A stretch of DNA of 64,000 bases from Octopus sinensis. Its lineage: Eukaryota. Location of the stretch: assembly GCF_006345805.1 (NCBI RefSeq), contig NC_043001.1, forward strand, positions 110,732,001 through 110,796,000, in the 5' to 3' direction. The translations under genes and the position numbers were made by a program. Positions 25,616-42,981 of this stretch are shown piece by piece (the stretch's first letter is position 1; every line of letters begins with the position of its first letter). The notes beneath the pieces were generated by a model. The model did not search any database, was not told the DNA's origin, and saw only the letters and a list, made by a program, of their open reading frames with translations.

Positions 25616-26084
25616 ATATACTGTTCTCCTCTAGGTATAAGGCCACAAATTTTGGGCTAGGGGGCCTTTCGATTAGATCACACCCTAGTACACAACTAGT
25701 ACTCAATTTATCGACCCTAAAAAAGGATGAAAAACGAAGTCGCCCTCGCTGGAATTTGAACTCAGAACTTATGGGAAGATGCTAAGCGTGGGAATGTATA
25801 TTTAAGACGTTACAATAGGAATGGAGAATTCGCAGTTCTTATTCCTAGACTTCATTATTATGCTATAAGGTGTGGAAAATCCAAAGAAGCGGACTGAGGA
25901 TTTGCCCATCGGGTGAAATACCGTGCAATTGTTTACCTTAAACAATTTCCCGTTGTGTCATATCATCTCATGTGGTTAATGGTAGCCACATTATAAGGGA
26001 GTACATGCGAGGCACTTGCTCGAAATTAATATAGTTATCATGTCATTCATAAAATATATCTATACCTATATCTGTATCTATCCA

Positions 26085-26085
26085 T

Positions 26086-26148
<63 letters not shown>

Positions 26149-26270
26149 CCTATCTATCTATCTATCTATCTATCTATTTATTTATCTATCTATCTATCTA
26201 ACTATCTATCTATCTATTTATCTATCTATCAATCTATCTATCTATCTATCCATCAATCTATCTATATATC
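26085..26270. repeat. (TATC)n microsatellite
   Basis: Direct reading. Confidence 0.95.
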
Positions 26271-27068
26271 TAATTGACTGTCTATCTCGCTTTATATATA
26301 TGTTTGTGTGTATGCATGTCTGTGTGTGTGTGCATATATGTATGCATATTCATACGTGTGTACATAAAAATATAATTATTTTTATATAATTATGTGTATA
26401 TAAATATCCATACATATACACAGAAAGTGTGCAACCTATATTCAAATGTGTTTATGCCTGTAAATTTATGGGTGCGAATGTATTTTTTATATGTGGGTAT
26501 AATTGGTAAAAATTTGAAAGATTTATATAGGGGTTAAAAGCAGCAGAAATATAGAGGGAGCAAATGAGCAAAGCAAAAACTGAATGAGAACGTCATTTTT
26601 TCTAATGAACTTTGAAAAATTATTAGAGTCTTCGGGCAAAAAAATTCTGAGATGTTACTCCTTTTCGCTGTTGACACTTTTCTAATAGTCCTGGGCGTTG
26701 GCATGGCGACAAATTTATGTTTGGAAACAATTTCTATTTTTCAATTTTTTTTATTTTTTGCCATTTCTCTTATTTTTACTGTCTTTTGTTTATTTTAATT
26801 TTTGCAGTTTTACGTAACAAGATTATTTTTTCATCTGAGTGTTTTGGTTCATTTTAAACTTTATTTACTTAGTTTTTTTAAGATATGTTATGCCATCATA
26901 TACCGTTAGAGTTTGTTATAAATATTTATATTATTATCCGTAGCATTGTTATTATTATCATAATTATTACTATAATTGTTATTATTTGTGTTGTTAAATG
27001 TTTTTATTATGTCTAGCGTAGTTAATTTTTTACGGTTATTAAAACTATTTTCATTACACCTCTTAAAC

Positions 27069-27200
<132 letters not shown>

Positions 27201-27884
27201 GTCAGTAGTTTTGTTCCTGTTTTATTATTTATATTTAAAAGCATTTTTTAAGTTACTGTGACACTTTCTTCTCTGAGAAAATATGCCACTGCATCTTGTG
27301 AAAGTTGTGTTTTTCTACAGGCGGAAGTTAGAAGCTTACAATCAACTACTAGAAATTCCATGCAGTTTTACATATATATGACTAAGTAAGTATATATTCG
27401 CATTAGGATATGTCTTTACATACGAAAAGCATGTGTTAAGTTAGACGTATGTAAAGATTTACATGAGAAAAACATGTACAAAGCAAAATTCTATATGTAG
27501 TGACATATTTTAACATACACATAAACATAAATGCCAATATATATTATATATATATATTATGTGTACCTTCTTATATATGCATTTGCGAACAAACGCGCGT
27601 ATATGTCCATATAGGTTCATATTTATAAAATAGATAGATGTGTTTGAATAGCGATTGAAAATTGTAATGATTGTATTTAGTTTCTATGCGGATATTTTCT
27701 AATACAGTGGACGCGTTAAATTACTGGTTTAGTTGAGTTTCGCTCTAATATATAAATATATTAATACATTCTTGTGTATATTCAAATACATATCTTTACA
27801 CATAAGGCAGAATATGTACATACATGTATATATATATATATATTATATATATATATATAATATATATATATATATAAATATATA

Positions 27885-27919
<35 letters not shown>

Positions 27920-28930
27920 ATTAAGGGTATCTAAAATATACTAATATGCTAGATATGATGTTTTTATTCCCATTCTAGACACTTGACATGATCGGTATTT
28001 TAAATATTGATCTTATCCTTATATATATATATATAATATATATATATATGGATTTAAACGCAGGTGTTATTCAATTTCTTTTACTTGCGACACATGTGTC
28101 GATGACAACATTGGTATTATTCCGAAGGAATAGAATTGTGTAAAACAATATAATCTTTTCATCAGGAATAAAAAGAAAGAAGCCAAACTCATCAATAAGA
28201 CTTTTCAACAGAATGTGATGGATGTGTATAATGATGAACGGAACATTATTAATTTTTTTTAAAACCGTTAGAGGATATAACGCCAAACAAAGATTGCCTG
28301 GAGGGTAAAGGTAAGAAATAAGCAGAAAACTAATAAATGAGAAACACAGAGCGATATGTGAATTAAATAAAAGCTTAAAGGCTTAGAAAAAGATCTCGTG
28401 GAAGTGAAATGTAAGTAGAAAATCAATATGCAAACTATATATAATGCTAGATATCACAAGTGGGTATATGTGCTAAAAATTTGAAAGTTTCATATAGAGG
28501 TTAAAAGCAGCAGAAATATGGAGGGAGTAGAGGGTCAAGATTACTAATGAACTTTGAAAAATTATTACATTTTTTCTTACAGACTTTTAAATATGCATAC
28601 ATGCCTGCACGTGCACACATATACACACTCACGCATATATACATACTTGCATAGATATATACATACCAATGTTGTCTTCGAAATATATGTCGAAAGTAAA
28701 AGAATTTGAATAACACCTGCATTTAAATCCATTTTATTTATATATTTTATTTGTATATATTATACAAAATATTTCACTTCAAGATTCTACCTTTACCAAC
28801 ATGGCATAACGTCCTTATTACATGAGTGATGTTTTGCTGCATTGGTAATTGTTTGTCTATTTTTCCGTGTTAATGGGTGTTAATGGTAAACACGAGAATA
28901 ATACACACAGCCATAATTATATATATATAT

Positions 28931-29312
28931 ACTCTTTTACTCTTTTACTCTTTTACATGTTTCAGTCATTTGACTGCGGCCATGCTGGAGCACCGCCTTT
29001 AATCGAGCAACTCGACCCCGGGACTTATTCTGTTATAAGCCTACTTATTCTATCGGTCTCTTTTGCCGAACCGCTAAGTAACGGGGACATAAACACACCA
29101 GCATCGGTTGTCAAGCAATGCTAGGGGGACAAACACAGACACACAAACACACACACGCATATTCATATACATATATATGACGGGCTTCTTCCAGTTTCCG
29201 TCGGCCCGAGACTATAGTAGAAGACACTTGCCCAAGGTGCCACGCAGTGGGACTGAACCCGGAACCATGTGGTTTGTAAACAAGCTACTTACCACACAAC
29301 CACTCCTACGCC

Positions 29313-29313
<1 letters not shown>
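28931..29313 (-). mobile_element. SINE family A
   Basis: Reverse match to 23601-24005 with an internal deletion. Confidence 0.85.
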
Positions 29314-29372
<59 letters not shown>

Positions 29373-29410
29373 CGGGATTCGTGAGCACGCTCAAGTTCAG
29401 TTTCCTTAAT

Positions 29411-29930
29411 TCCTAAACTAGCAGATTCCTGCAGCAGTTTACCAAATATTCAAACATGTTTCGTCTTTCACTGTCGATGCACTCATGTACGCTAATCAGC
29501 CCACGTCTACACTTAGCTCCCTCCATGTGGAGACTGTGTATACTTGCCTGAGGGTGGAACGCACCATGCATTTTCCTTGTCTTTCGCGTAGTGCGATTGA
29601 GTTGGCCAATCTCCGCTTGTATCCATCTTTTGATGGGTGTACTATAGTGGACTACAGCAACAGTCCATATGTTGATGACAATCACAAGCTTCCTTGAGCT
29701 TAGCTTTGATTTCAAGGAAAGTTTGAGTCCTTTGAAATATGTAGTGATGAGCTTGTCTTTCATTTCTCTGTTCAAGATATTGTCCAGCTCCATGATAACC
29801 AAGGTACTTGTATCCATCATCATTCGGATCTTCCATTCTCTCTCCGTTTGGCAATTCTATGCCCCTACAAATTAATCTTTTCTCCTGCTTCAAAGAAAGC
29901 ATCGTACACTTCGAGATACCGAATTCCACC
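29411..29930 (-). pseudogene. Old R4/Dong-clade RT fragment
   Basis: MEFGISKC...GYKYLG; LKSKLSSRKLVIVINIWTVAVVHYS; GAFHPQA. Confidence 0.75.
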
Positions 29931-30113
29931 CAAGCGAATTATTAAATCCCTGCAAACGAAGACTGGTCGGTGGAGTGACGAATTGGAGATTTCCATTCTC
30001 TCTCTCATCCTTGATATATATATATATATATATATACGTAAACGCTTTAACTGTTCTCGTTCTGGTAACGGCTAAGCGGTCAGGCGAGTATACTTGGCAT
30101 TGATGTGACCACA

Positions 30114-30496
30114 TCTCTCTCTATATAAACGGCAGTTTGTCTGTGTGTGTTTCTGTGTGTCTGTTTGGTTGCACCCTCACTCTGACCACGGCTTTCAACC
30201 GATTCTGATGAAACTTGACACACACATAGCCCAATGTCATAATTCAAAACTAACGCAGCGAAAATTTTGAAAAGTTCCCCCAGTTCTGAAAAAGATCGAT
30301 GAATTCGACATGGGGTCGACAATCAGAAACACAAACCACAGATGGTCTAGGGGACGCAACTCGACCTTTTTAACTATCAAAAAAATTTACCATAATTTTT
30401 TTTCCATTTTTTTGCTATATTTTGGCTATAACTCTCTAAAAATGCTTTATAGTTATTTCCCTTACAAACCCGAGCAACGCCGGGCGATACTGCTAG
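30114..30496 (+). mobile_element. Non-autonomous Helitron
   Basis: A|TCtctctctatataaacggc ... cccgagcaacgccggg-cgatactg-CTAG|T. Confidence 0.8.
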
Positions 30497-31199
30497 TTTG
30501 AAATATCGTCTAGGTAAATGCAGCTGATGAAAACTGGTCAGATTTACTTTGACAAACGTATTTGAAGAGTCAGAAACCGGTTCTGTATTATCCGATTCTG
30601 GGTTGTCCATTTATCGAATGTTCTTCCTAGAGGTTAGACGAATGTTTCATGCTTATTGCACTCACACGTCTTTGCCAGTATATACGCAGTGAAGCTTTAC
30701 TATAGCGTCGTATATGTATCAACTGCTAAATCCACTAAATATTTGTGCATTGTTGTACCACTAATCTGCATTTATATTTATATTTATGTATATATATATA
30801 TATGTGTGTGGGTGTATGTGCCAAAACCAATATACATGCAGACATACACATACATACACATACACATGAATATATAACTCTGTGCGTGTGAGTGTGATGT
30901 TGCTTCTATTTCAACTTTCCCTGAATGTCCATAAAATTCATTACAGTGCATCCAACTCGACTGTGGGAAAGATAACATAGTATATTTCAATACATGTATT
31001 TGTGACCAAATATAAAATTATCCAATCTTAACAACATTAAAATCAGCTTGCATCAAACAAACAACGTGTTCCTACAATTGTATAAACGTTTATGCAGAGA
31101 CAACTATTTGCAAGTGTGTATCAGTCTCTATATATTGTGGTATTTCCATTACGAAAGACAATAAAAATCTGAACAGATTATATATACATATGTTTGTGT

Positions 31200-31240
31200 G
31201 AGTGTGTGTGTGTGTGTGCGCGCGTGATGTACGTGTAAAT

Positions 31241-31295
<55 letters not shown>

Positions 31296-31348
31296 TATGT
31301 TTCTCTCTCTCTCTCTATGGAGATATATATATAGATATAGATAGATGT

Positions 31349-31396
<48 letters not shown>

Positions 31397-31437
31397 GTAG
31401 ATAGATAGATAGGTAGATAGATGGATAGATAGATACT

Positions 31438-31525
<88 letters not shown>

Positions 31526-31560
31526 TAAATACATACATACATACATACATACATACATGT
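31200..31560. repeat. Compound TG/TA/(GATA)n/(TACA)n microsatellite
   Basis: Direct reading. Confidence 0.95.
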
Positions 31561-31956
31561 ATGCACAAAGTAAGACAGCAGGCAGTGATAAAATAAAATA
31601 AAAAACTGGTTATGTACAAATGCAACAAGAGATTTATAAATTTGTTTTCTCAGTTGTGTGCCCAGCATGGAAAATACACAGCTGTGTCAGGATAAATTCG
31701 AGTTTTTAACAATTTTTATGAAATAAAGAAAACACAGAATCTCGAATCTGAAAGAAGTATATGACCACATGGCTCTGAAAGATCTGACAACTGAGGTGGA
31801 ATTATACACGCACACCCTCCACCACACACACACACACACACACTCACACTCACACACACACACAGAATTTCCTCAGATCTTTCGTAGCATGTATACGTGT
31901 GTTAGGAATGTGGGTGCGAGTCGAGTGGATATGGGTGTATTGGTCTATGGCATATG

Positions 31957-32039
<83 letters not shown>

Positions 32040-32332
32040 TATATATATATAAATACATATATATATATGTATATATATATATACGTATGTGTGTACGCAT
32101 GTATGGATATATATATGTATAAGTGGGGGATGTTACTGTGTATGCCTGTCCTTGCGTTTGCATTTTAGTTACTTGCAGAAGCAAGCATGCACATGCATAC
32201 ATATGTCTGTGTATGTGCACGCGCGCGAGTGGGTGTGTGCTCGCGCGTTTGAGTGTCTATATGTGGGTGTGTATAGCTATATCTATGTATGGATGTTTTT
32301 TCCATTTACATATATACATACATATATGTATG

Positions 32333-32366
<34 letters not shown>

Positions 32367-32374
<8 letters not shown>

Positions 32375-32597
32375 TAAATTAGAGACAAAACCACTATTAG
32401 GCAAATCATACAATGAAAAACTTAAGCCAATACATAAGATTATTTAATTTATATTATTTAAATATATAACAAAATTATTTAAAAAAATATAATTAATATA
32501 ACACTACGATCGTTTCATGGCTGTTAATTTCTTTAAATTTTCGACTTACAGTCATTCATCAGGTCGTTTAAATGTTTATCTTGGCGAGGTTTAAACA

Positions 32598-32598
<1 letters not shown>
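32367..32598 (-). mobile_element. Second copy of the 25238 family with hammerhead (32500-32568)
   Basis: Minus strand: aacgac-CTGATGA-atgactgt...acagccat-GAAA-cgatcg-TA-gtgtt; flanked by (TA)n. Confidence 0.75.
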
Positions 32599-32689
<91 letters not shown>

Positions 32690-33075
32690 GACAAGAAATA
32701 GTAACAATTTTTTGTCTCAATTTATGGAAACAAAATGGTTTATACGACTGGAAGTAAGAAGTGTTAAACTGTAAGATAAACAGAAATAAAGAAACATTGA
32801 CCATTGAACAAACATGAAATTCGTGCCAACGACTTTATATATAAGACCGTAGCTCCAAACATTTTACCTGTATATATAAAAGGCAGGATGCGTGTGTGCA
32901 CGTGAATGTATGTTATGCACGTCCAGAAATTAGCACGCATATCGCTACAATTTTAGGAGGATATTCGTTATGACCTAGATGTATTTTCGTCAAATTATTT
33001 TACTCAGAGGCACCAGCGAATATAGCAGTAAAATAAATTTTCAACCAAAACTTTTAACAATTCTCAAGTCGAAAA

Positions 33076-33850
33076 AATCGGCGGAATTTGAACTCAGAAC
33101 GTAGCGGCAGAAGAAATACGTATTTCTTTAGTACTCACAAGGGCCTAAACACAGAGTGGACAAACAATGACAGACAAACGGATTAAGTCGATTACATCGA
33201 CACCAGTGCATACCTGGTACTTAGTTTATCGACCCCGAAAGGATGAAAGGCAAAGTCGAAGAAATCGGCGAAATTTGAACTCAGAATGTAAAGACAGACG
33301 AAATACTTTGTCGACTTTGCTTTCATCCTTTCGGGATCGATTTCAAAAAGTACCAGCTACGCACTGGTGCCGATATAATGGACTTAATCCGTTTGTCTGT
33401 CCTTGTCTGTCCTCTCTGTGTTTAGTTCCTAATGGGTAGTAAAGAAATCGATATTTCGTCTGTCGCTAGGTTCTAAGTTCAAATTCTGTCGAGGTCGATA
33501 TTACCTTTCATCCTTTCGGGATCGATAAATTAAGTACCATTTGAGAACTGGAGTTGATATAATCGACTAGCCCCTATTCCCAAAATGTAAGGCCTTGTGC
33601 CTTTAGTAGAAAAGATTATTATTTGAATTAATATAATGCAGCGATCTGGCAGAATCGTGCGCAAGCTGGACAAGTTTCTTAGCGACATTTCTTCTGTCTA
33701 TGCGGACATAGTTCAAATTCCGCCGAAGTTGACTTTGCCTTTCATCCTCCGGGGTCGACAAGATAAATGACAGAAAAATACTGGGTCTAATTAATCGATT
33801 AATATCTTCACCTGAAATTACTGGTACTGTACCACAATTTGAAACCATTA
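33076..33850. mobile_element. Cluster of SINE family B units in opposite orientations
   Basis: 33076-33306 (-) abuts 33310-33615 (+); another degenerate + copy at 33640-33850. Confidence 0.75.
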
Positions 33851-34423
33851 CTAGGATAAATATTTTTTATGAAGTACAAACAAAGCAATATGACTTCCAG
33901 ATATAACTTAACTTTAAAATAAAATTATTGCTAAAGAATGTACCAGACAATTGTAGATTTGAAATGCTAACATAAGTAAAAGTTTTAGTACCACTAAAGT
34001 ATAAATGTACGTCTGTATAAGAATAAGCAGGTTTCTAGAAATAGCAGCTTTGTATATTTAAATGTTATTCTTTATTGTTTTAGAATACGAACTCAAATTA
34101 CTTATTTTGTCCTTACGTGTAGTTTTGGCTGCGAAAGGAATAACATATTTGTAAAAATATTGAATGTGATGTTTAGGACGACAATTAGCTCCAGCAGACG
34201 TCTTTTACATCGTTGCAGCTCCGGGGTAAAGCAACAACTGAAATAAATGTTAGATGCAGGAGATCTAGTTTGTAATTAGAAATTACAATCGCTTGAGGAC
34301 TGCAAGCTAATTTCCGTGTTTTAATGCACAAACTAATTCTCAAATATATCTTTTATCAATCTCTCTCTTTCTCTATCTTTTCATATCTCTCTCTCTCTCT
34401 TTCTCTCTCTCTATCTCTCTCTC

Positions 34424-34469
<46 letters not shown>

Positions 34470-34508
34470 TACATATATATACATACATACATACATATAT
34501 ATATATAT

Positions 34509-34539
<31 letters not shown>

Positions 34540-34674
34540 AATATATACATATATATATATATATATATAATAAATTTATACATATATATATATAATTTAT
34601 ACATGAATATATATATATATATAAATTTATACATATATATATATATATATATATAATATATATATATATATATA

Positions 34675-36252
34675 CTATCAGGCATACCCGGCGTTGCTCG
34701 CGATTAAGTAGTATAATTAGTGAGTTTCGAAATCCACCAATTGTGATACTCCTTGATGGTAGAGTCTCCCTTTCAAACTATATATATGGTAGACTCCTAT
34801 TTCATATGGGGAAACGAATGTATATATCAAAGGAAGATAGTATCGATATAACTTTGAATTTCTCAATCTACTTTGTTCACTACAGAACAATATCTCTATT
34901 TTCTGCAGGCTCATTTGATATTGAAATTGCACCTTCAACCCCTGTTGGTGCATTAAAACGTCGAACATGTTCTCTTCTGGCATGCTTATTTTCCCGACAT
35001 GGATGGGAAATTTGACCTTGGATTCTTACAGATGGATTCCAATTTTGTACAGGTGCATCTTTGTGACCGAAGCTGGTCATTGTAAACAGAATTTTGTACT
35101 CCCTCAGCCTTGACCCCCAGTGAACATTTCTTGACATAACTGAGGCGGAGTGGAAATGGATCCAGTGTAACATTTCTCCTTCCACAGGGCATTCCTGGTG
35201 ATTTTGCAGTAAATTTCTTAGCACCGCACTGAAAAGGTTTAGTCCATATTTGACATACAGTAACTCAGAACGTTTAGCATTTTGAATTGTCTTAAATTTT
35301 GATACCTGTTTCTATCATTAATCAAACGCTGCTGTCTCTTTTCTTCACATTCATTTGTTCTTGCAATCATATGGCGAAATTTATCAGCAAACAAATGCTG
35401 TTACCTCTCCTCTTCAGGCTCCGTTCTTCTTGCAAGTATATGGCGAAATATATCTTGCTCCTGTCTTTGTTGACGCTCACCAGAGGTTTCATTTTATCGA
35501 GACTCTGTTTGCCTCCGTCTTTGTCTAAAAAGTCCTTCGTCCCTTACATCACAGCTTTCAGATTGGCGAGACTCTCTTTGTCTCCTGCTTTGCCTAGAAA
35601 TTCGTTCCTCCCTCGTACCATTGCTTTGAGATTGACGACGAAACTTCAGCCTATGTGCATGTGGAGTATTTGCATAAAGCGACTTCCTTTTGCGAGCTAT
35701 AACGGGTGTCTGAAGAAAAATTAATAAACAGAAAAATTAAAAATGTAGAGGCATTCACCAATAAATGTTCTTGCCATAATTCTGGTGATGTTTTGTCATA
35801 TAGAAAATATGTAAATTTGTATAATTTTTGTAAAAAAGAAAAGAATATTTTTGTTGTTTTACGTTTAATAAATACAAATAAAACGTGATAACAGAGGTTC
35901 AAATACTCAAGTTATGAGCTTCCAAAATTAGCAGTATAAGGAGGTTTAGCCCCCATTAGGGTGTCTTAATATTATTGAAACTGGATGATATTTTGGGAAT
36001 ATACATCATCTCTGTCCATTTACCTATAGTTTCAATTTCATTTAAATGAATGGGAAAAAATGTTTCATTTGGAATGGGGAGTATCCCCCCCTCCCCGGGA
36101 GACATCCTTCATTGAAATGGAATATACTTATCTATACACCCTGGTTAATGTAGTTTCAGAACATATTTTGTTATGGGTGTCTATCTCCAAAGCCCAAGCA
36201 GGAGTTCGATCACAAACAAACGGACAGTCTACAACTTTATATGTATATGTGA
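34675..36252 (-). mobile_element. Internally deleted Helitron with Rep N-terminal remnant
   Basis: 3' hairpin cgagcaacgccggg plus ATAG end; 5' tc..atataaagttgt; remnant EYKILFTMTSFG...PSVRIQGQISH typical of the Helitron Rep N-terminal region. Confidence 0.7.
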
Positions 36253-37472
36253 GTGTGTGTGTGTGCTAAAATATATATACTTACACACACACATGCACAC
36301 ATGTACGCACATAGAAAGAGAGAGATTTAATGACTGTGATTTTTGCTATATGATTTTAAAAACCTTGTTTTCTGTCTAAAATGGGTTCCGAATCTTGGCC
36401 AATGTTCGAAGATATAAGTAAAGCACCTTCAAGTTATATTGCATTGATTTTCTTGATAATTATATCATCGGGTACATTACCTGAATGTCGAATAAGGAAA
36501 GTATCCAAAAATCTATATTCGACGTTATATTTGATGGAAAGAGTCAAAAATTGATATCTATTTATCGAAACAACTAGTTTCAGTAGCTTAACTAACTCCG
36601 GTAATATTTGCACTTAAAACTTAAATGGACAACACTAAATATTCCTAAATATTTAATCCAATACTACACTGTTTCAGCCGTTCATTTCCTCAGTATTTAT
36701 TTGCCATATTATGTTACTAAGCATATACTAAATAGAACGGAAATGTGTGCTGAAAATATGTTTGTATACGTATGTGTTTGTGTGTGTCCATGTTCAAAAA
36801 GAGAAAGCCAAACCAGAAAAATAAAATTATACGCCAAAGTCTAAAGAGATCGAGAGGAAGTCTAAAAAGTGTGTTGTGGGTACAGTGGGTTATATATAAC
36901 GATACATGAAAAATGAATAATAAGATGACAATAAATTATACGGAAGAATCATTATAGGTTACAGATATACGCACTTCAAAGATATATCACGCGCGAGACT
37001 CTTTTAAATACAATTGTTATAATGATACACATTACTAAAAATGTGATAATCACGGTAATTACCTTTTGGGAGTAGGTTTGTTTACCTTTTAACATAAGCG
37101 TTTTCTGCCCTTTTAAATTGAGGTTCTTTTTAAATCTCCAACATCCAATTTTTTATTGTTGTTATGTTTGTCTTTTCAACTACGTGATATTCGATTAAGT
37201 AATATGAATTAAAATAAAAAGAAAATTTAGCAACATAGAATTTCAATAAATACAAGCATATATCATACGTAAGAATACACTGATGCACCAATATACGCAT
37301 GTGTGTAAAAGTAGAAAAACTGGTAACAAAAAAACCCAGACGTTTATACATAAAAATGTATAGCAGAAACAAATATCTCTCGTAGTTATATAAAATCAAG
37401 AAATAAAAACGTAATTAAATGTTTATGCCATATTATATGCTCCAGTACTTATATGCTCCAGTATCTACGAGT

Positions 37473-37700
37473 ACTTTCTTTTACTTGTTTCAGTCATTTG
37501 ACTGCGGCCATCCTGGAGCAACGACTTTAGTTGAGCAAATCGACCCCAGGACTTACTCTTTATAAGCTTAACGCCTATTCTACCAGTGCCTTTTCTCGAA
37601 CCGTTAGCTTACGGGGACGTAAACACGCCAACATCTATTGCCAAACGATGCTGGGACGACAAACACAGAACACAAACACACCCACATACACACACATTTA
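37473..37700 (-). mobile_element. SINE family A, 3' half (5' half at 40282-40465)
   Basis: Halves are collinear and split at the internal TA tract by the PLE. Confidence 0.8.
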
Positions 37701-37723
37701 TATAATTTAAATATATATATATA

Positions 37724-40231
<2,508 letters not shown>

Positions 40232-40243
40232 ATATATATATAT

Positions 40244-40281
<38 letters not shown>

Positions 40282-40302
<21 letters not shown>

Positions 40303-40465
40303 GGCGGGATTCTTTCAGTTTCCTTCTACCAAATCCTCTGGCAAGAATTTTGTCGGCCCGAGGTTATACTAGAAAACATTTGCCCAAGGTGAAACGCAGT
40401 GGAACTGAACACGAAAACATGTGGTTGGTAAGCAAGCTACCTACCACACAGCCACCCCTGAGCCT
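40282..40465 (-). mobile_element. SINE family A, 5' half
   Basis: Reverse match to 23601-23760. Confidence 0.8.
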
Positions 40466-40816
40466 ATTAAAAACGAAACATTCATACTTTTAAAAATGAA
40501 CCCCCAACACATGTTCGTTCACTTGCCTTACCATTGTCATCAATATTGAAAGAATATTTTCAATTCCTGTCACACCCATAACAATGATTCTCTTATTAAC
40601 GGTTGCATTTATATTTCGGTCACATTTCATTGGCACTTGCAAAACGGTGACATTGGAGAACGCTCACTTATATATTTCGCTTGTTTCTTTTGGAGAGGCT
40701 CTGAAGTGATTATGTAAGATAGAGGATATTAAGTGTTTTCGTCGTCAGCAACACACTAAGATTGCATTAGTAAATATTGCATTCGTATTTCATATTTCTA
40801 TAGCGTTTAAAGAAAT

Positions 40817-41460
40817 AAGGCGGCGAGCTGGCAGAAACGTTAAGCACGCCGGACGAAACGCTTAGCGGTATTTCATCCGTCGCTGCGTTCTGAGTTCCAA
40901 TTCTGCCGAGGTCGACATTGCCTTTCGTCATTTCGGGTTCGAACAATTAAGTACCTGTTACGTACTGGCGTCGATCTAATCTACTTAATCCGTTTGTCTG
41001 TCCTTGTTTATCCTCTCTGTGTTTAGCCCCTTGTGGGTAGTAAAAATAGGTATTTCGTCTGTCGCTACGTTCTGAGTTCAAATTCCGACGAGGTTGACTT
41101 TCCCTTTCATCCTTTCGGGGTAGAGAAATTAAGTACCAGTTACGCACTGGGGTCGATGTAATCGACTTAACCTCTTTGTCTTCATCCATGTTTGTCCCCT
41201 CTATGTTTAGCTCCTTGTGGGCAATAAAGAAATAAGAAACGTTAGCACGCTGGGCCTAATACTAAGCGCTATTTCGTCTGTCTTTACGTTCTGAGTTCCA
41301 ATTCCGTCGAGGTCGACATTGCCTTTCATACTTTCGGGGTCGATAAATGTAGTACCAGTTGCATACTGGAGTCATTCTAATCGACTGACCTCCTTCTCCA
41401 AAATTCCGGGCCTTGTGCCAAGAGTAGAAACGCATATTATTAAAGAAATAAGGCGGCGAG
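40817..41460 (+). mobile_element. SINE family B, tandem trimer
   Basis: Head at 40817; restarts at ~41049 and ~41235; 21-bp direct repeat at 40807-40827 and 41440-41460. Confidence 0.8.
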
Positions 41461-42120
41461 TAAAGTATACTATTAAAGAATTTTTTTTCTTCAGATTTAC
41501 AAGGTATTTGAAAAGAGAGGGTAAAATGGACAGATGTTGGGAAAACAGTATTTTACTAGAAACAATTCGATCCGTTATAATCATCTACTGATACGTCAAA
41601 CTAGTAGACTAGAAGGTTTAACGGTTCAACCAGTTTAAATGAAGGCATTACATATTTATATTAAATTCCGTGTATAAACATGAGTATTGAAACACAAAAC
41701 TACACTCACGCGCGCGTGGGCACTGGCTTGCATAACGAAGAGGCACGCACACATATCAATCAAACACTGTATCGCTTTATCCAAATAAACACACACAAAC
41801 ATATATATGCATATATACGTGTGTGTGTGTGTTTGTGTGTGTGTATGTGCGTGTGTAGTTATCTATATTTGTTCATACATTTTTGCATACGTGTATATAT
41901 ACATATATGCACTTATGCATATATATATATATATATATATGTATGCATACATATTTTTAGTGGTAGTTCCTTAGATGTCTTAATATATAGGTTAGTTAAG
42001 CAGGCCTGTATGCACTTGATTGCACGGTCGTATATTACGACGGTTGTGTTGTCTGTATAAACTAGCAAAATCTTAAACCACTGTCAACTGTGAAAGACCA
42101 TCTGTTCCCAAAAAGCGAAA

Positions 42121-42151
<31 letters not shown>

Positions 42152-42695
42152 ACCAAACACAACAGCGACTCAAATACAGCCGCAGTCGTACAGGAGCATA
42201 CTCTCATAATCAACCATATAAACACCCACATAACTTGAAAACGCGAACAAACACCAACACGAGGCAAGGCAAACACTAACATAAAATGATGCAGATTTTC
42301 TTATACAGAAACACATATGCGCTCACGTATAAACCGTATTCGCTACATTAAATAATCGAAAGCGTAGTTAAGAAAAATTATGAAAACACTCTTTAGCAAA
42401 AATAATTGAAATATCCTAAATTAAAATTCTCTAGCATCTGTTTTATAGACATAAGTATTTGTATTTGTTTTGTTGTTATTCTATGTTTGTGTTGTTTCTT
42501 TTAGCTTGCAGTCATGGGACTAGTGAAGAAAAACAGATTAAACACTTGCAGTCACATGACTTAGAGGCGTTAGACACGTATATCTCTCTGACATTTTCGA
42601 CAGGATGTGTATGGCTTCGTTTGTGAGAAGTGATTATTACTATATACAGACATGCATATATATATATGTATGTGTGTGCGTGCGTGTGTCTGTAC

Positions 42696-42726
<31 letters not shown>

Positions 42727-42789
42727 TGTATGCATATGTGTGTATATATATATCTGTGTGTGTGTGTACATATATATATATGCTTATAC

Positions 42790-42823
<34 letters not shown>

Positions 42824-42942
42824 AATACATATATATGCGTGTACATATGTATATATATTTGTGTGTGGGTCTCTGTAGGTGTGTGTGCCTGTGTAAGCGT
42901 ATATACATATACATCTATAGATGAGTATGTACGTACACACAA

Positions 42943-42981
<39 letters not shown>

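Noticed and set aside
30200-30230. ctgatgaaac as a hammerhead core
   Set aside because: No stem II between CTGATGA and GAAA; it lies inside a Helitron.
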